A DNA stretch of 64,000 bases from Zancudomyces culisetae HAW-14-8. Its lineage: Eukaryota; Fungi; Kickxellomycota. A model generated the notes under the pieces. It saw only the letters and a program-made list of their open reading frames with translations. It made no database searches and was not told where the DNA came from. Made by a program: the position numbers and the translations under genes. The stretch spans positions 4,650,001 through 4,714,000 of the forward strand of contig JBNJNM010000011.1 of assembly GCA_052426225.1 (NCBI GenBank). The letters run 5' to 3'. Shown in pieces: positions 49,398 through 61,343 of the stretch; the first letter of the stretch is position 1, and each line of letters begins with the position of its first letter.

Positions 49398-51221
49398 ATG
49401 ACTGTCATGCATCCAGAAAACGTAAAAGTCGAGAAAACAAACAAAAAAAAAGTAGAAAAAGTCAATCCATTTGTGTCAGTTGAAAAATGGGGAGGAGATA
49501 AACTCAAATTTAAAACATCTGTTAGCAAGGGGCGACATTTAGTGGCAGGCAAAAACATTGCTCCAGGAACCGAGATAGCGACAGAAAAAGCGAGTGTGTT
49601 TATAATTGGTTCAACTTCCTCAAGAAATCTGTGCCACAACTGTATGAAAGCAGCTAAAGTGAGGGAAGTGAAGCAGGCGATTAAGAATGAAAGGGGCGAA
49701 GCAATTCCTGGAAAAACCACCACCTACTTCCAGGCTGAGATATTTTGTCAAAAGTGTGAGGGGATGGCGGTATATTGCTCAGAGGAATGTAAAGAAGAGC
49801 ACGGTAAGGAGGGAGGAGTGCACGATAAGGAATGCAAGGGGCTCTCAGTGGTAAGGGAGAAGTGTGGAAGGGATATGGAGGAGGAGGAGAAACTCCGAAT
49901 GTTGGTAAGATATCTCAACACAATGGAGCAGCAAAAAAACGATGACAAGGTATTTGTGGCAGGCGGAGAGCAACCAACTCCAATAAAATACATCAAGAAT
50001 ATACCAGTACATCGCGAAGGGTTTGAGAAGAATTGGATTACACAGACAACGCAGCAGGTTCGCGACATCATTAAGGCAATGGGTAATGATAAGCCAAGCC
50101 GCCAGGAGGTATCAGAAGCGGTGGACTTTTGCTGTACATACAAGTCTAAAAGCCAACAGTTCTGTGACACTTTATATCGTGGAAATCCTGATTTTGTCGG
50201 TATCTTTCCGATGGTATCGATTTATCTATCTCACTCATGCGAGCCAAACTGTGTAATATGGGGTGACAATAGCGGTCAGCTGCGTATTCGTTCAATTGTA
50301 GATATTTCCGAAGGTACACCATATACTATCAATCTTACCGATTTATACCAACCCCGTGAGCACCGTCGTCGCGACCTGTATGTTCACCGACACTTTTGGT
50401 GCAAGTGTAAACGCTGTAACACACCATTGTCTAAATCTACAGATCGCTTTATGGATGGAATCACCTGCCAAATGTGCCATAAGGGTTTAATGATTTTCGA
50501 GGAAACTCGTGAGGTGGAGGATGTAAACGCTTTTGTTAACAGTGCAGATATTCTTACCTCTGACATTGCCAACCGCTGCGCGGTCTGTGACAACTGCAAA
50601 CATTCTATTAAAGTTCTTGAGCTCGTTGCTATTCTACGCAGCACTATTGAGCAGTATAGTCTTGCTCTCCGTGCATACAGATCACGAGACTTTGGTGAAG
50701 CTAAATCAATGTTTGAGTCTCTACTGCGCAAGTATGATGCAGGTTCTCTCAACCCCCCTTCCTCAAAGTCTGCCGTCCCACGCAAACAAATCCTTCACCC
50801 TTCCAACTCCTACATTGTCAACTCGATTTTGCCACTAATGTACTGCTGCCGTCTTGCGGCCGATTTCCGCTCTGCCACCTTCTATTGCCGTCTTGCCATT
50901 GAAAAAATCTCTTCATCAGGTGCCTTGCCCAAAAACCATCCTGAGCTTACTGAGCTCCGTGTTACTCTTGCTGAACTTGTAGTTCTCTATGCAAATGCCA
51001 CCAAAGAATCTGCACAAGATCCTCTTAAATCTGCCCAAAACAACGGGAAATCTGCAGCTGCAACTGTGTCCAAAAAACTATTTAAAGATGCTCATGACTC
51101 TCTAGCACTAGCCCTTACTGAACGTACTGTTGCCCTTGGTCCGGATCATCCTCGTACCATTCAAGTACGTTCGCTCCAATCTTCATTATCCAAACTTGAA
51201 AGGACCATTTCTACTGTTTAA
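49398..51221 (+). CDS. SMYD-type SET/MYND-domain protein with TPR-like C-terminus
   Basis: KGRHLVA, MYND CxxC...CxxC..YCS.EC...H..EC, SHSCEPNC, post-SET FWCKCKRC, LGPDHP. Confidence 0.88.
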   Translation: MTVMHPENVKVEKTNKKKVEKVNPFVSVEKWGGDKLKFKTSVSKGRHLVAGKNIAPGTEIATEKASVFIIGSTSSRNLCHNCMKAAKVREVKQAIKNERGEAIPGKTTTYFQAEIFCQKCEGMAVYCSEECKEEHGKEGGVHDKECKGLSVVREKCGRDMEEEEKLRMLVRYLNTMEQQKNDDKVFVAGGEQPTPIKYIKNIPVHREGFEKNWITQTTQQVRDIIKAMGNDKPSRQEVSEAVDFCCTYKSKSQQFCDTLYRGNPDFVGIFPMVSIYLSHSCEPNCVIWGDNSGQLRIRSIVDISEGTPYTINLTDLYQPREHRRRDLYVHRHFWCKCKRCNTPLSKSTDRFMDGITCQMCHKGLMIFEETREVEDVNAFVNSADILTSDIANRCAVCDNCKHSIKVLELVAILRSTIEQYSLALRAYRSRDFGEAKSMFESLLRKYDAGSLNPPSSKSAVPRKQILHPSNSYIVNSILPLMYCCRLAADFRSATFYCRLAIEKISSSGALPKNHPELTELRVTLAELVVLYANATKESAQDPLKSAQNNGKSAAATVSKKLFKDAHDSLALALTERTVALGPDHPRTIQVRSLQSSLSKLERTISTV

Positions 51222-52123
51222 TTTTCTTTTACCAAGTTTTTAATAATGTTTATGTAGTTAAAAAATATCCCTATCACTTTGAGGAGTGCACAGAAATATT
51301 ATAAAACGATTTATGTGATTTATTCAAAGCGATATATTTTTCAGCTGAGTTTGATAAATAAACTTTACTGTTAGTTGTACCCAAGGTCGCAGATCGCTTG
51401 ACTGGATTCTGTTTATCACAGACTTTTATCATTATTATATTAATAAATATATTACATGAGTGCACTCTATTAACAAAGACCATCATTTCCTCTTTTCGTT
51501 GCCCACTCAAATTAATATTCACTGACTGATTCGCTTATTCTGTAATATATAGTAGATGTAATAAGTTATCTGATATATTTTTCAGCTAATGTGATGGCTG
51601 AGTTTGGTATAGCACTGATTGTGTCAGTTATACTCAGGTCTCGGATCACTTAACTAGTTCTGTTTGCCGTAATATGAATGTTTTTAATAACTTTTATTAT
51701 TGTTGTAATAATAATAAAACACTAAGTAAACTATCTCAATGTTGTGTTAATTTCAATTACTAAGTATGTAAAAAACGTATATGTAAAGTATATTCTGTTA
51801 AGAAAGGCTAAAGATGTTTATTTTCGTTGTCCGCTTCGCTTTTATTTTACTGATCGTTCAGATATTCAGCTTTACTATTATAAATATTTAAATATAAAAT
51901 AACTACAAGTTAATTGGTAGTTATATTATGCTAAGGTATCGCAGTTGATTCGCTAGCAAAAAGTATGTAGCCGTTATACTACAATTCAACCTCAAAATGT
52001 AAAGCTTACATATTATTCACAACCTTTCACTCATTCGCAGTTATATTCTGTCCTGAATCGTAATTATTCACTAGCAAAAAGGTTTAGCCATTATATGACA
52101 ACATCAAATAGAGAAAAATAAAA

Positions 52124-52197
52124 AACCTGACGCGGGGGTCGAACCCGCAACCTTATGATTAGAAGTCATATGCGCTATCCAATTGCGCCAGCCAGGC
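52124..52197 (-). tRNA. tRNA-Arg (anticodon TCT)
   Basis: GCCTGGC/GTCAGGT acceptor, D-loop with A20, TATGA-CT-TCT-AA-TCATA, GGTTCGACCC, T-run terminator. Confidence 0.95.
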
Positions 52198-52955
52198 TTG
52201 ATTTTTGCTAGCATTTTTGCAATTACTTAATATTTTACATTTTTTAACAATTGTGACGAGCTTTTTTATCATAAAACTACACATTTAAAAGTAATCTTAT
52301 TTTCACGATAGTAATTATTAATTCTTTACACTTTTTTGTTTTTTTTTTTTTGCTAAGTTTTGGAGATTCATTAATTGTTTCTGATTTTTACTATAAATAC
52401 GTTTTATAGGAACGGGTAGGTAGGTTTATTTATCATTTTTATTTTCTTTATTTGTATTCAATTACCATTTTGTGTTTAGTTCACTATCACCATGTATCTG
52501 AAAATATCAGATCCAATCAAGTATATATCAATTCTATAATCTCTATTTGTTATCATTTTGTATTGGATCATCACAAGTTAGCCAGTTGAAAAATTTAAAT
52601 CCCTAGCTGAGAACAATAGAATTTCTTTTATAGACAACATAGTAGATGTTCATATTAAAATATCTACTGTATTAAAAAAACGATTAAAATTAATGGTTAA
52701 TTGCATCAAATCTAACAATACTTCAAATCTCCTTAGATAATTTATATTATAAATATATTGAATAGTTTTTTAGCCCAACTTAATCTTCAAGTAACAAAAA
52801 GGTTGTAGTAACACTCTTTTGACCATCTGTTTATAATTACTGTTGCATAAAATATTGCTATTTATTACAAGCAGGAATCAAAAGTAATCATTTATACAAA
52901 AATATATAGGATCTCCTCAAAAAAAGGAAAACCTTATATTAACAAGTTTCAGAAT

Positions 52956-54404
52956 CTAAATTATATACTTAAAGCTTGGATAGAAATCAAGCAAAACTCT
53001 TTGCTCTTCAGGGGTCAGATAAGATACATCTTGGGAGTGCGCCTCCCATTGTTTGTTTGCCTTGTTGAGCGTAAACACAAGTGTTAGTGCTATTACAAAT
53101 GAAAGAGCATACAATCCAAAAGCAAGTGAATATCCAGCGATGTACTTTGGTGCAGTTGCAGTGGTGAACAAATACGGAACAGCAAGACCAACAACATTAC
53201 CAACCATTGCAAATACCGCAGACATCAACGCACGCTTTTGAGTGCTACCAGCATTTACTGACATCCAACTTGTAGCTATTGGGAAAATAGCACAGACTGG
53301 GATTCCTAGACCAAACATAAAGACGAGCCGCATGACATTATTAGTGGAAAATGTAACTACTGCAAAGAAAGCGGCTGTTATGATATCGGCACCTACAATT
53401 CGAATCCAGTATGGGACTTTTTGGAATACAAATGCAAATGCAATTGTACTACAAGTACCAATTGCTGACACAACTGCAAACAGGAATGTAGCTTCAGATC
53501 TTGAAAATCCAAACGATTTTATAATGGTTGGACCAATAAGCCCCAAAATCAGCAAGGAGGCGGTTCTGGACAAGTTAAGAATGGCGAATGCCCACACCTT
53601 CCAGTCGAGGATAGTTTCGAGAGTGGATTTAAATGTGACATGGGATCTTTCGGCGCTTCCCTGACTAGCATTGATTCTCTTCACAACAAGAGCTTTTTCT
53701 TTTTCTGAAAAGAATTTTGCGTGTTCAGGATAGTCTTTAATCAAAAATATTGCAGCAATCGAGATGACCAGTGTTATTGTTCCACCAAAAATAAAAATGG
53801 ACTGGTAGGCTATCAGTTTGCCAGCTTTTATTGAAGCGAATGCTCCATATAGCAGATTGACAATTCCTGAGCCTGGGTGCGCTGAAAACATGATGGACAT
53901 TCGCGAACCTAGATCCTCTCTGGTGTACCAGTATGCCAAGTATGTGATCATTCCTGGTGTGAATCCTGCTTCAAAGATACCCAAAAGCAGTCTGATAATT
54001 ACTGCCTGTGTTGCATTTGTTACTACTGCCATACACATGCATGTGATTGACCACGATATTCCAATAAATGGAAACCAGAATGATGGGCGGGTTTTTTTCA
54101 AAATTACATTGGCAAATGGTTTCATAGCAATGTATGTGGTGAAAAACAGAGAGTTAATATTTCCTTGATCTGTTGATGTCAGATCTAATTTCTCTATTAT
54201 TCCATTGATCAATGCCGCACCCATGTTATATCTATCCATTGCTCCCGCAAGGTACATGATGTAAATAATCGGCAATACTCTGATGTCAATCTTTCTTATT
54301 GCCTTTTTTAGCACGGACTCCTCCTCTTGAGTAAATTCGAGACCCTTATTCACTTCATGTCTTTCTTCTTCTCTGTTGTGGTTATCCTCAACCTCGATAC
54401 CCAC
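52956..54404 (-). CDS. MFS transporter, anion:cation symporter (Dal5/Tna1-like); start codon unresolved
   Basis: RKIDIRVLP, DRYNMG, RLLLGIFEAGFTPG, YLAYWYTREDLGSR, APKY..GY, FKY. Confidence 0.9.
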   Translation of the reverse strand: MGIEVEDNHNREEERHEVNKGLEFTQEEESVLKKAIRKIDIRVLPIIYIMYLAGAMDRYNMGAALINGIIEKLDLTSTDQGNINSLFFTTYIAMKPFANVILKKTRPSFWFPFIGISWSITCMCMAVVTNATQAVIIRLLLGIFEAGFTPGMITYLAYWYTREDLGSRMSIMFSAHPGSGIVNLLYGAFASIKAGKLIAYQSIFIFGGTITLVISIAAIFLIKDYPEHAKFFSEKEKALVVKRINASQGSAERSHVTFKSTLETILDWKVWAFAILNLSRTASLLILGLIGPTIIKSFGFSRSEATFLFAVVSAIGTCSTIAFAFVFQKVPYWIRIVGADIITAAFFAVVTFSTNNVMRLVFMFGLGIPVCAIFPIATSWMSVNAGSTQKRALMSAVFAMVGNVVGLAVPYLFTTATAPKYIAGYSLAFGLYALSFVIALTLVFTLNKANKQWEAHSQDVSYLTPEEQRVLLDFYPSFKYII

Positions 54405-55074
54405 TGTGTTTTGTTGATAATTTATACTGTCTAACTTTTTATATTAATCTTATAAAAAATCTTTTAGCTCTAACATTTATCTGTTTTATTTTTTTTTGTC
54501 GCTTTATGAATAATATAATTTTTTTTGATAATATATAGTTAATGAATTCTTTTACTTGTTTAGCTGTTAGTCTTAATTAATTGGGTTTACTGGGTTTATT
54601 TATCCTATTGAAATTGAAATTTTTAGCTTATTTCTTTAAAAAACAATGAGTTTATATTACATTATTACAAGTTAGAATACAAAGTAGGAAATTTCGATCC
54701 AACATCTTTTAGAGGCGAGAACCCCTTTTTTTCTAGATATATCATTTTTTACTATAGATTCGATTAGATTTTACGTCTTTTATTCAATACTTCAGCTTCT
54801 ATAGCTTTGTAAAGCGAACTATAATCATACGCAAATAATCCAGAATATCGCAAAAGCACATTTTATTATCTTGTTACTTCACCAGCGAATGCACTGGAAT
54901 CCAAACAAACGAAATCTATTTTTTTCATGTCCCTATTTATTGTTAATTGTATTAGCCACATTTATCCGGTTTTGCTATTAAAAGCTTTATAAACTTGTAT
55001 TTACCTAAAATTGACTTCCATACCCATCCTCATCCGTACCAAGAAAAAATACAGATCAGTATTTATACTAGGAA

Positions 55075-55091
55075 CCCCCCCCCCCCCCCCC
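55075..55091 (+). repeat. Poly-C homopolymer (~16 nt)
   Basis: Seen directly. Confidence 0.9.
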
Positions 55092-56100
55092 GTTTGAGAG
55101 TAATCTCGAGGCAAATGAAGGGGTTTATGCTTGCTTTTTTACATGTAATACTTGGTAGATCGGAAAATATTAGTCAGTTTGATTTATGTATCAGATTATT
55201 AAAATATCAATCAATATGGTTTAGCTTCAAAATAAATTTTGGAAAGATACTTTTCGTTTTGAGTTTTGGTACTTTGTGGTGGTGAGAATAAACTCCAATG
55301 ATTACTGAGTTTAAAATACACTAACCATTATAAATTTATATTAAGATCGCTTATTTAATTAGCAGTGAAAAGCTGGTGATATCCCAGCCATTATAGAGAA
55401 TATGTATATTTCTTAGTATCTGGCTCAACCATAGTGGTTGTGAAAGCTAGTAGGCGTAAGCGGGAATAACTTTAATCGCAGCTGGTAGTAAACACCCTAA
55501 AAGCCTGCAATAAGGAATATATTTGACAAGGATCGGTCATTAGGGGATGGGTCCATAAAGCTGGTCAACATACTCTCTCAGTAGGGATTTAACGATTCTA
55601 TGTATAGAAGCCGTTTGAAAATAATAGTAACATTATTTAAAAATAAAAAATTAGCTTAAAAAAGGAAAAAAAATAATTAATGAGACAGTAAACTATAATA
55701 TGGATAATATGTATCTCTACCTAATATGCTATAAATAATCTTATGTTTACTAATAAATATAGTTTGTTTATATAGATGGATGTGGTATTAATTAAAATGC
55801 AAGCTTGAGTAAATCTAGAATCGATTTAAAATCAATAAGATGATACTCTTTAAAGGTCTATGTACTGATGGCAAAGAACAAATATGAGGATAAGGAGAAA
55901 TACTTGTATTTTTTTGTCAAAATATCAGCATCTTGTTAAAATGTCTAAATACCATAACAAAAGAATTGTAAAAAGTGCTCAAATTAACAACGTACTACTT
56001 CCTGATAAAGCTGAAATATACTAAATATACTCCTAGTCATCAAAGGGTTCATTATTTTTTGTTTTATTATATCTCTATTATTTATAACACTTGTCATATC

Positions 56101-57495
56101 TTAACCCTTTATTGTTGACAATCTATGCGCAATTGTAATTGTTGTTCGATTTAATGTAGATTTATCAAGTGCATCCTGAACTAATTTTTCAGATTCCGTA
56201 TCTAATGCTGATGTAGCTTCATCCAACAATAATATTTTAGGATTTCTTATCAATGCTCTTGCAATTGCTATTCTCTGTTTTTGACCTCCTGATAACAATG
56301 CACCTCGTTCTCCGACCAATGTTTCATACTTTTCAGGAAGCGTCATAATGAAATCATGTATATTTGCCCCCTTACATGCTTCTTCAACATCTTCTTGTGT
56401 TGGTGGATTGTTTTCATAATCTTTTGCTCCCCATTTGATGTTTTGTGCTATACTTACTCCAAATAGTACTGGCTCTTGGCTGACCAATCCCATGTTTTGG
56501 CGTAGACTTCGTACATTATATTTTTTAATATCTTTTCCATCAATCAGTACATTTCCCTCCAAACAGTCATACAATCTCTGAACCAATGCTATAGTTGTTG
56601 ATTTTCCACACCCTGACTCCCCTACAAATGCTACTTTCTGGCCTGGCTTTACTTTAAGACTAACATTATCAAGCACTTTTACTTCATCTCTGGTGGGATA
56701 GTTGAACGATACATTTTTGAACTCAATTTCGCCCTGTATATCCTCGGCAGAATCACCAGATTCAAGATCCGTGGCATCGATTTTGGACTTCTTATCAATA
56801 ACCTTAAAGACTTCAGGAGCAGCACCTCTTGCTGTTGATATTGCTGAAATGCTTGGAGCAGCACCACCTAAACTAAAGCTTCCTATCAACAGTGCAAAAA
56901 ATGCATTGAGTACTTTTGTTGGTGTAGAAACACCATCTCTTATTAGTTTGGCACCATACCAGAACCCAAGTGCATATGTTGAATAAATAAGAAAAAACAA
57001 TACACCTATTCCCAGCCCAAACATCATTGCTCTTTTTACGCCTGCTTTAAACCCTGTACCAAGTTTGCTCGAATATCGATCAATTTCTCTTTCCTGTGCG
57101 TTGAATGCTATGACAGTACGCATACTCGAAAATACTTCAGTTGCTACCGCACCAGCCTCCGCAAATGCTTCTTGAACTTTATCCGTTCATTTGCTTACTG
57201 ATACTCCCATAAACCCCGCAGATGCTACAAGTAAGGGGGATATCGAAAGCACTACAAGCGCAAGCCTCCAATCTCTGATAAGTGCCAATGCAAACCCACC
57301 TAAAAAGGTTGTTATATACTGCAGCACATACCCAGCATTTTCATTTATTCCATCTTGAATTAGAGATATATCTGAAGACATTCTTGTCGTTAGACTACCA
57401 GACTCAACAGCATCAAACCACTCTATTTCTTGGCTTAGTATTGATTTGTAATATACTTCGCGCATTCGTTTTATCTGTTTTGCTGCGGTATTATT
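56101..57495 (-). pseudogene. ABCB1/MDR-type transporter fragment (part of TMD1 plus NBD1) with in-frame stop
   Basis: Two ORFs in one frame separated by TGA at 57189-57187 (SK*TDKVQEAFAEAGAVATEVFSSMRTV). Walker A GESGCGKST, LSGGQKQR, LLLDEATSALD; ends AHRLSTIKG*. No N-terminal TM helices or second half nearby. Confidence 0.8.
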
Positions 57496-59456
57496 GCAAC
57501 AATGATAAAATATATATTCATCTTTATGTTTATAAACACCAATCTTTATGAATACAAAACCTAGTTTCTTTCTCCCACCAAAAAGTACTTTAAGACCTAG
57601 CTTTTCTTTAATCTAAAAATTTGCGAACACTGTAAATACCCTTATTTTTATTCATTACTTTTTTTGATACTAAGGAACCATCTAGCATTTGTTGTGTTTT
57701 AGAGTAAAATTTTTTAGTATGCCACGCTTGCAGTGAATAGTATAAACTTTTGTACCACGGCTTGCTGCAATTTGGGAAAAGGGGTATGATTTTTTCGTTA
57801 TCAAAATTATTGTATAGCCAGTATTAGTGGTAATATAGTGCCTATATTATTAATTTTAATGTATGTTGAGTTTTTTTACCTAGAAGTTTAATCTGTAGCA
57901 TATCACTTTAACAATTGCAATAGGTGTGCTTTGTTTACAGATACACCCATACTCATCATCATTTAATTACCCAGTCTGATTTCACGTCGATCTTATTATA
58001 AATTGTTGATATATGTTTTTTTTAGTTGTGAGTGGAGCATTGAATAAGTAATGATATCATTCTTATAATAACTGCCTTATCTTGCTCATAATTTTGAAGA
58101 AAGTTCAATGTGTATACTAATGACAGGAGTATTTTCTGATGTGCTGGTATTCTGGAGCTCACAGATATTTTTGGTTTATTTTTCAAGTTTTAGCGCATCC
58201 TGCTATTCTGACGCTTTTGCGCTCCACGTCTTTGAAGAGTCTTTGGATAACTATAACTAATTTTACAGTAAATAAAGCACATTGAAACAGTTATCCCTAT
58301 TAAATAAATGCTATGCCATTCCGTATTGGATATTTGATTTCATTTAACACCCAATGTTTTATACCACAATCGGTTTGATGATTTTGTATAGCCGAAGGCC
58401 TTTAAATTATTAAGCTTGTAAAAAATCTATCTAACGATCCTTTCATCAACAGCTTGGCAGCATGGTTGTTCCTAAAAGGCTAGGATTGCATCTAGACTTT
58501 TTATTTCCACTATCATATTTATTTTTATTACTCGCCCGAAATATTATGACTAACAAAGTGGGCGGTATAATATTAAAACTCTGTATTTTCCCGGATATAG
58601 TTTTTTTACTGCTATTTTCGACACCCTGACATAATATCGGTTTTCTCCAAACCACCTGCTTAATTTCAAAAGCTCAACACTTTGCTTATCTAATCTTTAG
58701 CTTGTTTATTGAATTACGCGCACTTGCATATACAATATCCTTATAAATCCGAAATAATCAAAAGGAGTTTGAAAACGGGACTTTAATTCACAGTTAATTG
58801 CATACGTATTTAGGCTACTGCATATACTTGTTCACTTGGTGGCCGTGTTTGGTTTCTTTAAACCAATCTTTTTTAGATTGAACCACAAAGCTAAAAAAAA
58901 ACTTTGAAAAAAGCTTATATGACTGGATACATCAAAGTTAAAGCTTTTATTATTCATGAAGGCCAGAATTTTTTTATCAGACTCAACTCGTCACTAAAAA
59001 ATTTTAGGGATCAGTATGCAAACCCAGCTTGTGAAAAAACTATCAACTAACCGAACCATTACCTAATCCAAATACCTTTTGGGTCAGTTTTTGACGAATT
59101 GGTTTTGTTATTTTTCAATCATTGGCAAAATAGTACTTAGCTTGGTAAATTGCAAAAGAACATGAAACTGTCTAAATTGGGTTTCAATTTTTTGTAGTAA
59201 TCTGAAAAATATATTTATAGCGATTGGATTTGTTTTAAAAAAAAAAAGAAAATAGCCAAGTAAAAAAAGCACTTGAAAAGAAGGTTACAAAGCAAGTACA
59301 TTATAGTTGTGCTTTATTTATTTTTCACTTTTCCAAGACAATTATAAAACTAGCAAAAAAGATATAAAGGAAAAATTTTTAGCGCGGAATCAAGGAAAAA
59401 GAGAATATTTTGAGGATAAGCTTCGTTATAAAGTTGAAAATAGGTGATCGGGAAAT

Positions 59457-61167
59457 ATGGATGAGCTCAAAAATGAAAATGCAAAACCAGCTCAGGGTGA
59501 AATCACTAAAGAGCAGAGCGCCGGTGAAAACAAGCAAGCCAAACAAAAAAGAGCTATCGTGTACAAACCATACAATCAGATGTTCCCAGTGCATAAAGGA
59601 AACAAATTTTCAGCGCTAGATCCTGAATCACCACCAGCTGGATTTGATGGTTTTATTAACTTTGGAGGTACGTGAAATAAAGGATTAGCCTACTTATGTT
59701 TGTATATATATTACTGATTAAGTACACACTTATACTTTGAAACTCCGTGCGTTATGCAAAAAAAATGTAAAATTAAAAATGATATATATAGCTTTGCTGT
59801 TGGTGGCAGTTGTACTTAGACTTGTGTTGGAGAATTTTATGAAATATGGTTTGATCGTTGGGAAAATGGTACCTACAATCACAAATACAGACCTAGTTTA
59901 TTTTGGGTTGGTATTATCAATCTTAGTAGGGAATTTCTTTGGAGGGTTATACTTAGAAAAAACGTTTGCAAAACAGGCTATTGGGTTAAGAAAAAAGCTT
60001 GACAAGAAGAGTATGAATGAACAGGAAATTAGAGTAGTAATGAGATCAGAGTTAGCAAAGTTCGGGTTACAGTTTGCAAACATGCTACTAACGTTATTGG
60101 TCCCAGCGATAATGGTAAGGAATGTCGATATTGCACCAGTTTTAGGAATAACTGCCATGTTTTCATCAGTGGTAATGTCTTTGAAATTATACTCATGGTC
60201 CATTACAAATCTTGATCTTCGTCGTGCATATATACTCGGAGATGATGAATTTTTGGAGGACCCAATGCTGAAGCTGAAGCTGAAGGTGGTAAGGGGACCT
60301 AGAATAGTTAGCTCGGGTAGCAATAAAACGGATGCCAATGATGCAGGAGATATAAAGGATACACAGGAGAGTAAACAAGTGCCACCAGCGAATACATATC
60401 TGTACCAAGTAAAGTACCCGGATAATATATGCATCTCAAACTTGGCATATTTTTGGGCTGCTCCCACTTTTTGTTACCAACCCAACTATCCACGAACAGA
60501 AAGCGTTCGATGGAGTTACGTTTTTTCATTAATTCAGCAGATGCTGTGTTGCTCCTTTTTAGCATTTTTTGCTATCTTTCAATTCGCCTTCCCAACCATG
60601 GAAAACTCGATTCCAGCATTCGAATCTGGTGACTACCTTAAAATCGTAGAGAGAACATTGAAGCTTGGTTTAATTGTTTCGGGTATTTGGATTCTTGGGT
60701 CGTATTGCCTGTTTCATTGTGGATTAAATATTGTTGCTGAGCTACTCCGCTTTGGTGACCGCCAATTCTATGATGACTGGTGGAATAGCGTTGATCTCAG
60801 CGCTTACTGGAGAAAATGGAATCGACCCATCCATAATTTTTGTAAACGCCACATTTTGGTTCCGTTACTATCACCACCACTTTATTTTTCAAAGTTTTAT
60901 GGCTCTCTTGTTACATTTTTTGTATCTGCCGTTCTACATGAAGTGATTATCGGCATTCCGACTCATAGCACAAGGATGTCATCCTTTTGGGGAATGTTGC
61001 TACAGCTTCCACTGATATCTTTTACCACATGGGTATCTGAAAAGAGGGGACCACACACTCGCATTGGTAACTGTATATTTTGGATCTCTTTTTGTATATT
61101 CGGTCAGCCCTTTGCCACCCTTGGATACTACTATGATTATGTTAAACACGCTAGTGGTGCCAACTAA
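59457..61167 (+). CDS. MBOAT acyltransferase, DGAT1/sterol O-acyltransferase family, 2 exons
   Basis: Exons 59457-59667 and 59792-61167; RLVLENFMKYG, YPDN, APTFCYQPNYPRT, FGDRQFYDDWWN, SAVLHE (catalytic His). Confidence 0.92.
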
Positions 61168-61343
61168 AATATTACTTTTCCGTTTATACTTGCTTTTTTG
61201 CTTTATTTATATTATTTTTTCATATAAAACCAAGTTTATCAAAAATAGTCAAAGATAAACAACACTCTATAAATAATTGGGCAAGGTGTTCGTATCCTAT
61301 CTGCGAGACTAAATGTGAGTATACTAAAGTCTTGACAAAAAAA

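Noticed and set aside
57187-57189. TGA in the ABC gene as selenocysteine (some early-diverging fungi use Sec)
   Set aside because: The position is not a Cys/redox site in ABCB1, and the downstream ATGA-hairpin (~56040-56010, - strand) lacks the 3' GA and apical AA of a SECIS
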